Shown one piece after another: positions 48,181 to 59,382 of a DNA stretch of 64,000 bases. Source of the stretch: Vicugna vicugna. Its lineage: Eukaryota. The notes beneath the pieces were generated by a model. The model did not search any database. It was not told the origin of the DNA and saw nothing but the letters and a program-made list of their open reading frames with translations. The stretch is taken from the NCBI GenBank assembly GCA_013265495.1, contig MU057887.1, forward strand, positions 3,259,576 through 3,323,575, in the 5' to 3' direction. Within the stretch, counting starts at the first letter, position 1, and each line of letters begins with the position of its first letter. The position numbers were made by a program, and so were the translations under genes.

Positions 48181-49128
48181 CCGTGGCTCTGAGAGGAGCT
48201 TGGCTGGGGACCCTTTACACACGGAGACATCAGTGACGCACCAAAGAGCTTTTAACGTGGGTGCTGTCTGGCCATGTTTATATCGGAAATTAAAATAGGA
48301 AGTTGAAAGAATAAAATCATGCCATTTGCAGCCACCTGGATGGGCCCGGAGGTCGTCACTCTAAGTGAAGTGAGCCAGGCAGAGAGAGAAAATATCAGAT
48401 GAGATCACTCCTATGTGGTATTTTTTTTTTAAAGACACTAATGAACTTATTTACAAAACAGAAACAGACTCACAGACATAGAAAACGATCTTATGGGTAC
48501 CGGTGGGGAAGGGGGTGAAAAGGGATAAATTGGGAGTTCAAGATTTGCAGATACCAACTCTTATATAGAAGCAGATAAACAACAAGGTCCTACTGTGCAG
48601 CACAGGGAACTGTATTCAGTATCTTGCAGTGACCCGTGGTGGAAAAGGACACAAAAAGGAGTATGTGTGTGTATGTGTGACTGAGACATGGCACTGTGCA
48701 CAGACTTGGACACGACATTGTAAACTGACTAGACTTCAATTAGAAAAAAATATATAAAGTTCAAAATATTTGTATTAATTCCTTTTAAAATCGCAGGAAT
48801 AAATGCAGTACACGTTGACACAAACGTATTTTGACGGACAATGACTATATTTTCCCAAACGAAAAACACTGAGCGATCAGAGAGATTCCACTTCATATTT
48901 TTGCAGATCTCTTAGGTGTCTGGTGTCACAGACGATTTCTGGACGCTCACACCTGCTTCTGCACCCCACACGTCGTGACGTCCAGAAACACCGCTGTATT
49001 CTCCAGGGAGAAGGAGGGCGAAAATGGCAATGAGCATCATTGTGTTATTCTGAAAACAGGGTCTCAAGACCTGCAGATAGAGCCCCGGGGGCCCCAGGAG
49101 CCCCAGGAACGCGCTCTAAGAACCACTG
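48181..49128. mobile_element. hAT-Charlie non-autonomous DNA transposon (Charlie1b-like), both ends present, interrupted by L1
   Basis: Degenerate TIRs ccgtggctctg (48181) and taagaaccactg (ends 49128). Internal blocks 'ggaccctttacac', 'ccaaagagctttt', 'actatattttcccaaac', 'tttttgcagatctctt' and 'ctgcttctgca' match recalled Charlie1 consensus. 8-bp flanks are gtgcgggg and gtgtagag. Confidence 0.8.
48305..48752 (+). mobile_element. 5'-truncated camelid-type L1 3' end inserted in the Charlie element
   Basis: 'aagaataaaatcatgccatttgcagccacctggatgg...gggataaattgggagttcaagatttgcagatac...ttgtaaactgactagacttcaattagaaaaaaa'. Confidence 0.93.
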
Positions 49129-49225
49129 GTGTAGAGACTCACACCTGCGCTGGGAGGGGGTCGAGAAAAGCAACCAAAAAATAAGGCACGGACCACGACC
49201 ACGGGAAGCCTGTCACATCACGGGG

Positions 49226-49311
49226 ACACGCACGCACACGCATGCACACACGTGAACACATTCATGCATGCACACGCACACACGTGCACACACGCATGCA
49301 CACACGCACAG
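49226..49311. repeat. Degenerate (CACG/CACA/CATG)n purine-pyrimidine tract
   Basis: acacgcacgcacacgcatgcacacacgtgaacaca...gcatgcacacacgcaca. Confidence 0.85.
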
Positions 49312-51681
49312 CAGGGCTGGGGTAAGTGCTTGAGAGAAAGCAAACAGCACGGTGTCAAAGCAAAGAGGAGGAGACCCTGACCTTCACTCTGGGAACGAGG
49401 GCTTGTGGACGTGAGGAGAGCTCCGGGTCAACAGCTCGGGGAGTTTGACGAGCAGAGCCTGGGCAGGTGGGGTGGGAAGCGGGGCGAGTGGAGGAACTGC
49501 GCGGTGACCCCCGGGGCCATCTCAAACCAGCGCCGGGGAGAGTGGAGTCACTGCTGCTGCGGGAACAGATGGCGTGGCGGCTCGGAGCAGATGCCACGAC
49601 GCGGGGTGGGGGTGCCTCCCGGGGGCTGGGGGCCCTGGGGGGGTGCCAGCTCTGGACGGAGGGAAGGGCGGGGGCGGTCCCCCCTCGTCCACTCCCTCAG
49701 GTCCGAAAGACATGTCTTATTCCCGAGTTAACAAGATTTCTTCAAAGCAAAGTTGGCCACAATAGTGTCTTCTCTCAAATTTTGCTCAAAATGGACTTTC
49801 TCAGAGCTCCGAGCTGTCCCTAAGTTTCCTATAAATATCACGGCGAGAGAAAGGAAGTAACAGTTACAGCGGATCCCTGTCGCCCGGCCCCAGAAACAGT
49901 CCTGTTCCCTTTCTTGTGAGTCAGGAGACGGCGCCACAGGGCAGCATTTATCCCCCCGACTCAGCAGCCTCGGACCTGGATTTCTGACGAATTCAACTGT
50001 CAGATGTTCACAACCTGGAATCTGTGATGTGATTCAGATTTTTCTTTTCTTGTATTCGGCCCTATAAGGGTGGCAGAAAGTATTAATCGTGCGTGCAGCT
50101 CGGGGACGGGACCAGCATCCCCCCCAAGTAAATTATAAATTGAATCGTCCTCCCACCGCCGAGAGCTCCCGGGGGCGCCGCCTTTAGTCATTTGAGAAGG
50201 TGGTCCACCTGCACAAAGACGCTTAGAGACGCTCCCGCGTGGGGCGGGGGCGATGGCTCCTGCTCCCCCTGCCCCTCCCGCGGGGCACCCCCAGATGCAC
50301 GTGCAGCGGAAAGTGAAGTCTGAAATGGAGCCTGTAGCCCATTGCGTCAAGCAGATGAGAAACGCCCCTTTTAATGGAATGAAAGAGGAATGGATGATTA
50401 CTGCTCTGATTGACGGCTGCGTGCTGTGGCTCCAGTCAGAGGAGTATAAATAAATCCAGGTGTGATCACCTGGCCGTGGGGTCGCCCAGTCGTGGATCCC
50501 CAACTGGGGGCAGCGTCCGTGCACCCGGCGACCAGCGCCGGCCCCCGTCCTCTGGCATTTCCGCCTCAGAGCGTCACTTACGCACTCAGCCCCCTGACCA
50601 TGGCCACGGGGGTCCTCGGAGGGGTCACCAGCACGGGCACCCCACTTCACAGGCGGGAAGCTGAGGCTGGCTCCTGGTCCTCTTGGGGTCTAGAACACTC
50701 CGTCCGCCCAGAGAACCCCAGGGTGTCCTTCTCCAGGAGACCATTGGAAATTGAAGCGAGTTGGGCAAAATGACCACGCAGACTGCAGGGCCTTAGTGTG
50801 TCCTGGGGGACGCCGGGTCGCTGAGCTCAGAGGGTGGGCCCCCCTGTCGCCTGCTCCAGCTGGTGGCGGGCGGTCCCTCTCTGTGCAGCTCTCGGGACAC
50901 AGGACACCCTCCTGGCCGTTTCTGCACCTCCTTCCTGGGTCCGGGGTCACCTGCCTCGTGGGACCAGGGACGGACGTGCAGGGGCTCTGGACCCCGGAAG
51001 CCCCTTCGGGGCAAAGGTAGACAGTTCCACTCACAGCGCGCCTTCGCCCCTGGAGCCCAGACAGCCCAGCGCGTCCGCCAGTGTCTCCGAGCCCTCGGCC
51101 CTGAGGCAGGAGCGGACGCAGGCCCCAGCCGCTGCTCACACGCAGCGGCGGCCATGCGGGCCTGACTGCGCTTTGGCTCCACCATTGGAAGGGGCTTCTT
51201 CTCAGCGGCTGAGAGCACAGCTGTCGTCCTCGTGTCTGCGGCAGCGTGCTGAGCTCCGGCCTTGCTGAGGCCACGGGCCCTGCTCTGCTGACGACAGCGG
51301 CCTGGGGTTCTCACTGGGGGTGTCTCCCGCCCCCCGCCCCCCCAGCGTCCGTGAGGTTTCCACGAGTCACACGCTCTTCCCAGACCCGCTGGGCACGGAG
51401 GAGGACCGGGACTCGCGACGGTGGATGGAACAGGAGCGCAATGGCAGAGGGTGGTCCCGCGCATCCCTGCTGTCACCACCTGGGTTGGACCTCGGTGCCG
51501 GCTCGTTGGAGAAGGAAGCCGGGGGCCCAAGCAGAGCGCTCGCCTGGCCTCTCTCTGCTGCCCTGTAATGAAGATGCATAGTTTTCTGTGGGTTTTGAAA
51601 TATGCTAAACGCGGAGACTGGACTACAATTTCTCAACCCAGGCTCATTTGAAATCTTCTGAACAGTGACATCACTCAGTGC

Positions 51682-51748
51682 GTTTTTGCAGATAATTGTA
51701 TGTTTCACAGATAATTGTATGTTCTGCAGATAATTGTATGTTTTGCAG
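51682..51748. repeat. Tandem repeat, ~3.5 x 19 bp (CAGATAATTGTATGTTYYR)
   Basis: Units start at 51689, 51708 and 51727, with a partial unit at 51746. No spacers. Confidence 0.95.
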
Positions 51749-53375
51749 CTGGGACGTTCGTTCCCTTGACCCCAATGCGGTCCTGGGCCTTCCAGTGGGG
51801 GTTCCTGGGTCTGCAGACGCCTGCAGGGCCACCCCTGGGATTCCCGAGGGAAACGGTGCAGGCGGCCTCCCCACCGCTCAGGGTCTGAAAGGCTGCCTCC
51901 CTGACCCGGTTTCCCGGGAGAGTGGATTAAGAAGCACACAAGGCAATTGCAGAGGGCAGCGGAGGTCGCCCGCAGGACCGGGGAGCCCAGGAGGACGGCG
52001 GCTCCGTGTAGGCACAGAGGGCGGCGGTGCAGATGCCAGGACGGCTCCACCAACAGCGGTCACTGGGAGGAAGACCAGCCAGGAGGTCAGGGCCACAGAG
52101 CAGGATGGGGGCAGCTGGGTGAGGGGCACCGCGACCCCAGGCCACGTGCAGGTGAAATTCACAGAGATGTGCGGTTTAGGGAGGGGAGTTGAGGAAGGAC
52201 GGCCCCCGAGGTTGTGGCTGGAGTGAATCACGCACTGTGCTCTGAGAGCTGGGACACTGGGGTGGGGTCAGAGAGAGACGGGCCTGGGGTCCAAGGGCTC
52301 AGTGGGGTCACGTGAGGGGTGGGACGCGGGGAAACCCCAAAGAGGGCTCGAGTAGCAGCTGGAGTGACAGGCTCTGGATGCAAACAGAGGTCTGGGCGGG
52401 AGACAGCGGGCGGCTTTCCCGTGAGTCCAACAGGCTGTGCTGTCCATGGAAACAGTAAGGAGAGGGGCCCGGCTAAAACCCCGAGAAGACGCGGAATGGC
52501 CCAGTCCTGCAGAAGGGGGACATCGAAGGAGACCCCCAAAAGCACGGGCAGAAAGCCAGCAGACAAAGCAGGGGGTTGCAGCAGCCTGGGGCCCGGAGCC
52601 GGGGGTGCACGTGGTGACGCACCGACGAGAAGGCACAACTGCAGGTGCCGTGGTGTCCCCAGCTCGGCTGCAGCACTTACGTGGTCGTGGTAGCCGCTCC
52701 GTGTGTGCGGAATCTTGACAAAAATAGACACAGAGTTCAGGGAGACCTAATGGCTGATGCGGGGGAGGCTCCCTGACTGGGGTGTGCACTGGTTTGTGGC
52801 TTATGCAAGTGTAGACGCTTCAGGAACGTGCTTCTAAGCTGGTGGGCACTGTCTGGTGGAGAGGCTTGTGCCAAGAGCAGAGCAGAGATCGCCTGGGAGG
52901 GGAACCTCACAGACTACGCACGGGGACGTGGGGCCCAGGCTGTGCAGCCCGACGGGAGGAGGGGCCGTCCTCGCTGCGACAGGAGCGGGGAGGTGAGGGC
53001 GGCTGGTGGCGGTTCTCCAGACGTGGGGGCGGGAGGACTAAGGAGAGCTCACGGGCGAGCGGACAGCCTCTCAGGGAGCCGCCAGGCCGCGAGCTGGAAT
53101 CCAGGAAAGGGGCGAGATGTGGTGTGGACGCGGCAGAACCAGTGAATCTGCCCCGTGGCCAGGCCGGCCGTCGTGGCTCCCTGGACTCCGGCCCCCAGGC
53201 CCCTGATTTCCCCAGAGACACCCAGATGCCTGACCGCAGGTGTGCGAAGTCAGGGATTTGTCCAAAGTTGGGTTTTCCTGGGTGAGTGTATGTCCAAGGA
53301 TGGACCCTGAGCCCAGGCTGGAAACGCGAGGGGTCCCAAGGGGAGGGGCTGGCACGGAGGGCGTCTTGAGGGCTG

Positions 53376-53575
53376 CGATGACAGTAGTGAGTGCTTACGA
53401 AGCGCTGAATTCTTCCTGCCGGCTGTGTTCTCCAAGATTCGTATTATTCATGTATTCACAGCTCATAAGGACCCTGTGAACTGGGGCCACTTTTGCCTCC
53501 GTTTTGCAGGAGAGGAAGTTGAGAAGCAGAGAGACCCCCGGACGTCCACGGTCACGCACTGGCCGGGGCCGCGTC
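53376..53575 (-). mobile_element. MIR SINE remnant
   Basis: 'ctcataaggaccctgtgaactggggccacttttgcctccgttttgcaggagaggaagttgagaagcagagag...gtccacggtcacgca' matches the antisense MIR core. Confidence 0.7.
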
Positions 53576-53794
53576 GGCCGCTCTTCCCTCGAAGCAAAAC
53601 ATCCCAAGCTGGCGGCGTGCGGCCACCTGCCTGTGTTCCCCACACGTCTGGGGTCAGCTCCGGGGCAGGGGAGGGCGGGCCCTGCGTCCGCGTTCTGCTG
53701 CCGGGCGTCTGAGCCCGTGAGACGGAGGGTGGGTGGGGATCAAAGTGGGACCTGTCAGTGTGTCATTTTGATGTCAGATTAAGAAATGGGGGCG

Positions 53795-54010
53795 TAAATT
53801 GGGAGTTCAAGATTTGCAGATACTGACTGGTATACGGAGACAAACAAGGGTGTACTGTGTAGCCAGGGAACTATGTCCGAGACCTCGTAGCAGCTTACAG
53901 TGAAAAAGAATGAGAACGAACATACGTGTGTTCTCGTGTGGCTGAAGCACTGTGCTGTGCACCAGAAACTGACACAGCGTTGCAACCTGACCACACTTCA
54001 AACCAAAAAA
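53795..54010 (+). mobile_element. Short camelid-type L1 3' end with 14-bp target-site duplication
   Basis: 'taaattgggagttcaagatttgcagatactgact...cttcaaaccaaaaaa', flanked by aagaaatgggggcg (53781-53794) and aagagacgggggcg (54011-54024), 12/14 identical. The left copy is preceded by TT. Confidence 0.92.
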
Positions 54011-54771
54011 AAGAGACGGGGGCGGTTCAAGGAGCACATTGGATGTTTTCTTCATTAATTTTAAGCATCAGAGCAGATTAAAAAATTCCGCGCATTCTAT
54101 GCCCTGGATGATGTGAACTACGTGAATGAACAGTGATTGAAACAATTTAACCAACATTCAGCCGAGATCTGTCCCCAGGGGACGGAACTGCAAAGCAGAG
54201 CAATTTGCATCTTTCTGTTTGTGTGCACATTCCAAATGCTCCACAATGAGGCTGCGCTAATTGCGCGTTACGGAAGGATGATTTAGGAAAGATAACTGGG
54301 CTTTGCTTCCTGGGCGTGGAAGTAAGCTGACTGCAAACACCCTGGAAGCGGCACATTCCGAACAAGCCCCTAGAGCAGGGCACTCGGCTCCAAGCTGCCC
54401 ACGGCCAACGCCGGCTGGCGTCCGGGGCCCTGCTCCCGGAGCCTCCCCGCGCCTCCTCCCCGGGCTGTTGGTGGATCGAAGTCCAGGCATCGCCGTCTCC
54501 ACGTGTGGGATTCATGACCCAGCAGGCCCTCAGCAGGAAGGACGGGGCTCTGTCGTCTTAAAGGCAAACAGTACACTCCTCCACAAAAACCAGCAGATGA
54601 CGAAATTGGCGTTTATTATCAGTGTACTCCTCCGACACCGCGCTCAGCCCTGGGACCCCCTCCCCGCCGCGCTCACCGCCGAGCTGCAGGGGGGGCAGCG
54701 CCGACCCCTGCACCGCGGTTACTGCGTGCAGGGGCGACTTTGGGTCCTTCCTGTGTTTGACTCATTTCATC

Positions 54772-54990
54772 TTTGTTTTTTCAGTTGCAGTGTTGTCGTT
54801 ACAGTGTTGTGTTAGTCTCTGGCGTGCAGCAGTGAGTCAGTCACGCACTCACGCACACTCTTCGTTGCAAGTTACTGCAGGACAGTGAGCCGCTCCCTGA
54901 GCTGCCAGGGGTACTTGCTGTTTGCCTCTTTTACATACAGCAGTGTGTCTGCTGACCCCAAACTCCAGTTCACCCCTCCCGCCTCCCCCG
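54772..54990 (-). mobile_element. Cetartiodactyl/camelid L1 3'UTR fragment, degenerate
   Basis: 'ttacagtgttgtgttagtctctggcgtgcagcagtgagtcagtca...tacatacagcagtgtgtctgctgaccccaaactccagttcaccc'. Confidence 0.8.
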
Positions 54991-56218
54991 AAGCCCTGCG
55001 TCTGTGACCCACTCAGTTAACCCGCAGTCCCCTTCGAGGCAGGCGCTCCTCCTGCCCCCGACTCACTGGGGAGAGGGTTGACGGCGGAGGCTGACCAACA
55101 CCCCTCCCCCGGGGACACAATCCCTGCGCTTCTGAGCTGAACGCCCGTGGGTCTGTCCTCTGCCCTGTACCAGATGGGAACCCGCTCAGAGGTGCGACGT
55201 GCGGAACCTGAGCTCACCCTCGGGGTGAGCAGACACAGTGAGAGACGTGGGCCGGGGGCGGGGCTGCAGGTGGGAGAGGCGAGGGCTGGGGAGGCAGCAG
55301 CGGCGGGCCCGCCAGGCCCTGGGCTCTGCACGTGGCTATTCCCGGGTCTGAACCCCTAACCGTGCTTGGATGGCCAGGGCGGGACAGGACGTCCTCGCCG
55401 AAATGAGGGAGGAAACCATGGGGAACGCTGGAAGGAGGCTGAGAGACGCAGCAGAGGCCTGCCGCGTGCGGGGGGGCAGCGCTAGGAGGGGAGGGGACAG
55501 CGATGGGAGCTGAAGCAAAACTGAGGGAAAGATTGCCCAGGGGTTTTCCAGAACTGATGGAAGGCACGACCCTGAAAATCTTACAAGCCTCATGAACTCT
55601 AAGCAGGCTTCACCCCTGGTCGGGGCGTCTCGGGATGTGACATCCAGACCACCTGGCGACGCCGGGGTCCCCGGCACAGGGAGGGGCGTGGAGGACTCGG
55701 GGCGTCCTGAGCCACAGCAGAAGGCGGGGCACCCCAGGGAGGCAAGAACAGAGGGAGGCGGAGAGGGGAGACGCAGGGCCGGGGCCGGGCGCTGAAGGGC
55801 ACGGTGAGGCCGGCGGGCTCTGTCCCACGTGCGCGCAGTAGCGTGATCCACCTGCGATTGGGAAGGCTGGTCTGGTTGCGATGCGGAGTCTGGAACGAGG
55901 ATGGGGGGACGAGCTCGGGGTCCTAGGAGACGCCTGTGGCCCAGCAGAGGGGATGGGGGACTAGGCCAGGCTGAGGACAAAGGGGCTTAATGTGAATGGG
56001 TTACAGGCAGAGCTGGAGAAAAACATGGCAGCCCACGCTCCCAGCTTAATGTGCAGAGACGGACAGCTCCTCCCGGAGCAGCACGTCCAAGGACGGGAGT
56101 CCGTCCTGCTCCAGTCGCTGGAAACCGTCAGGAGTGGGGCAGCGGGAAGCTGGGCGCCCCGGGTGCTGGCTCACCCCGCAGTCGTCTTCCCGACCTTGGG
56201 GGGCATGCGGGGGGCGGG

Positions 56219-56360
56219 NNNNNNNNNNNNNNNNNNNNNNNNNNNNNNNNNNNNNNNNNNNNNNNNNNNNNNNNNNNNNNNNNNNNNNNNNNNNNNNNNN
56301 NNNNNNNNNNNNNNNNNNNNNNNNNNNNNNNNNNNNNNNNNNNNNNNNNNNNNNNNNNNN
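56219..56360. other. Assembly gap (142 N)
   Basis: Run of N flanked by G-rich sequence. Confidence 1.
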
Positions 56361-57394
56361 CGGGGGGAGGACGGGGCACATGGGGTGGGGGGCGGGGAGG
56401 CGAGGGGTACAGCTGACAACCCTCCGCCTCCACCGACAGGGAGAGGAAGGCTCCCTCCCCCCTGGAGGCGCCTGCTGCATTCTCACTGCTATTCAGAACG
56501 TTCGGTAGTCTCCTCTGTGACTCTCTAGCCGCTGCCGCAGTACAAAGAGCTCCCTTCACCTCCCAGTGCTGAGGGGAGTCTCTGATTTTCCGCCATCCAC
56601 TTACCGTCTAAGTCCCCGCTGGTCCAAGGGCGCTCCGATCTCCATCCTCTGACGTCTGTCTGTCCTCCAGTGCCCCGTCACCCAGACTCAAACATCCTAA
56701 CACTTTCCAAGCCCTGGCCCTGCGCACAAGAACACGGTTCATCATGGACGTTGCGCGGTTGCTTCTGTAGTCGTTTGAAAATTGGAACGCTGTTAACCCC
56801 TCTCTGATTGTAACCGTCTTAAATCTTGCTTAACAAAACTTTTCTGTCCCAAGATACTGTTTCCCTTTCAATGTAGAGCTTGTTTATAAAACGTCATTGC
56901 TTGAAAAGCGTGCATCCTTCTTAGCGTGGCTGAAGCATTCATGCTGTGAGCGGGCGCTCCGCCGCCAGCCGGGGAGCTCCCCGGGGACGCGAAACGCGGG
57001 CACGTTCGGCGCATTTGGGTGAAGTCTCTACGCATCCATGAGGTGAGGTGGACAAATCACGTCCCCGAGTTCTTGTGTGTCCGCCTGCGTTTCCTTCTCC
57101 GTCTAGGAGTTCCTGAGAGGCGAGCGTGAACCCTCCCTGCCTGACAGTGGGTTTGTTTGCTTCTCTTTGCAGACTCGCACGCCTGTAAGCGCTTAGCAGG
57201 GCGCGCCACCCTTCTTCCCTCGGACTGGCCCTTTCATCGTGGAGCCGCCCTTCTCCCCTCTGGAGGCGTTTACCTCCGACTCTCCGGCTTGTCTGCTATT
57301 TGTAAAGCCCCCGGGTTCCCTTTGGTTTGGGTTCGGTGGTTTGTATTTGTTTCCATCCTGTTATTATCAACGCCCAAATTCCCCCCGTCTTCAT

Positions 57395-58122
57395 TGTTTA
57401 TTGAATCACAGTCGGTTTACAGTGCTGTGTTAATTTCTGGTGCACAGCGCAGTGATTCGCTTACGCACATACATGTATATTCCTTTCCAGATTCTTTTTC
57501 ATTACAAGTTCCTACAAGATTTGAGCATAGTTCCCTGTGCTGCCCAGCAGGTCCTTGTTTATCTGTGTTATATATTGTAGCGTGTGTATCCGCAAACCCC
57601 AAACTCCCAGTTTACCCCTTCCCACTCCCTTCTCCCCTCGCAACCGTAAGTTTGTTTTCTTTGTCTGTGAGTCTATTTCTGTTTTATAAATATGTTCGTT
57701 TATCTCTTTTTGTTTCGGTTCCGCATATGAGTGATACCACATGGTATCTGTCTTTCTCTTTCTGACTTACTTCACTTAGAATGATGATCTCCAGGTCCAT
57801 CCACGTTGCTGCAAGTCCCCTCATTCCTTTTTATGGCTGAGTAATATTCCACCATATGTAAATACACCACATCTTCTTTACCTAGTCATCTGTCGATGGA
57901 CTTTTAGGTTATTTCCGTGTCTTGGTTGTTGTAAACAGTGCTGCCATGAACATTGGCGTGCTTCTATCTTATCAAATTGGAGTTTTTTCCGGATATATGC
58001 CCAGGAGTGGCATTGCTGGATCACATGGTAAGTCTATGTTTAGTTTTTTGAGGAATCTCCACACTGTTTTCTGTAACAGCTGCACCAATTTACATCCCCA
58101 CCAACAGTGTAGGAGGGCTCCT
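57395..58122 (-). mobile_element. 5'-truncated camelid-type L1 (ORF2 C-terminus plus 3'UTR)
   Basis: Reverse-complement homologue of 31400-32250, e.g. 'ctgacttacttcacttagaatgatgatctccaggtccatccacgttgctgca', 'atgcccaggagtggcattgctggatcacatggtaagtctat' and 'catccccaccaacagtgtaggaggg'. Confidence 0.95.
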
Positions 58123-59269
58123 TCTGTCTTTACTTAAAATGTATCTCTTGGAAATAGTTGTTCTTTTAACACAGCCTGGTTGCATTCCTTTAATTACTGT
58201 ATTTACACCGTTTGCAAATAAAGTGAATATTGGTAACATGAGATTTTAGTGTAACATTTTTATTTGCCCTCCATTTCACCCCTCTAAAACTTACTTCTTT
58301 ATTCACTCTTTCTTTCTGTTTATTTATTTAGAATATTTTTACGCTTGCCTATTTTCCTCAACAAGTTCCCTGTTTAAAAAAATATATACTCTTGTTTTTC
58401 ACTTTGTGCATTTTTAAGTATGAAATTATCTCAAAATAAAAAGTTGGAAATAATAAAGACTCCGCCTCTGGCTCCAGCAGTCACTCACGGCTCTTACCCA
58501 AGCCGGTCACTTCCCCGCGGCTGGAAATGCTGTGCTCATCACCCAGCACCCGACTCCAGGGAGGACCCCACCCCCCCTTTTGATAACCAGCTCAGCTTTA
58601 CTGTTACGAACGGGTGGATTTCTCTTTCTTCAATGATTTATATTTTGCTATTATAGATAATTATTTCAATGTTCAAATTGCCACGGATCTGGCCCAGGCT
58701 CTGCGTCCTCGGGGAGCGTCGCAGAACCCTCGGAGCAGTTTCACCCCAGGCTCTGCGCTGCGCTGCCCCCGCCCAGAAGCAGCCGCCTCCCGGGAAAGGT
58801 GTTTTAAAACCAGCATTTCCTTACCAATTATGCCATTTCTGATGAGCGCCCGCCGAGTGTGGGCTTTCAAAATTCCACTGAACCGATTTAATTCTTTCGT
58901 CGGACGTCAGCCCTCGGGCAGATAAGAGACCCCCACGTACTCACATTCATTTTGGTTTTATTTAAGGGGGCTCCTTGGGGTCACACATTTCACTTTTTCA
59001 TTCCTCATAAAGGCCTGATTAACAGCAGCTTCCCCCACATCGGTCTCACTCGTGACTGTTTCTGCCTCAAGGGGGTTTTGAGGGAATTGTACCAGCAAAG
59101 TCCAAGCTGACGGCAGTGAATGGCGCCCCCCCCAGCACGCCGCCCCCTCCCCCGCCCTCTTTGCCTGACGCTCAGTGTGGTCGGGTCAGCTCCACTAGGT
59201 TCAGTCACTTCGAGCTGAAATCTTAACTGGGGCGGGGGGGAACTACAGGATTGGGGTCCCCCTGGTGAG

Positions 59270-59382
59270 CTCCTTGGACCCGATTACCTCTGTAAGGACC
59301 CCACGTCCAAATACAGTCACATTCTGAGGTCCTGGGCTTAGGGCTCCAGGGTGAGTTTTGAGGGGACGCAGTTCAGCCACAG
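59270..59382 (-). mobile_element. MaLR (MLT1B/C-like) LTR 5' fragment
   Basis: 'gattacctctgtaaggaccccacgtccaaatacagtcacattctgaggtcctgggcttagggctcc...ttttgaggggacgcagttcagcc'. Confidence 0.8.

Noticed and set aside
51682..51748. 19-bp repeats as a CRISPR array
   Set aside because: Units are directly adjacent with no unique spacers, and there are no cas genes.
55992..56559. ORFs spanning the N run
   Set aside because: They are artefacts of translating through the assembly gap.
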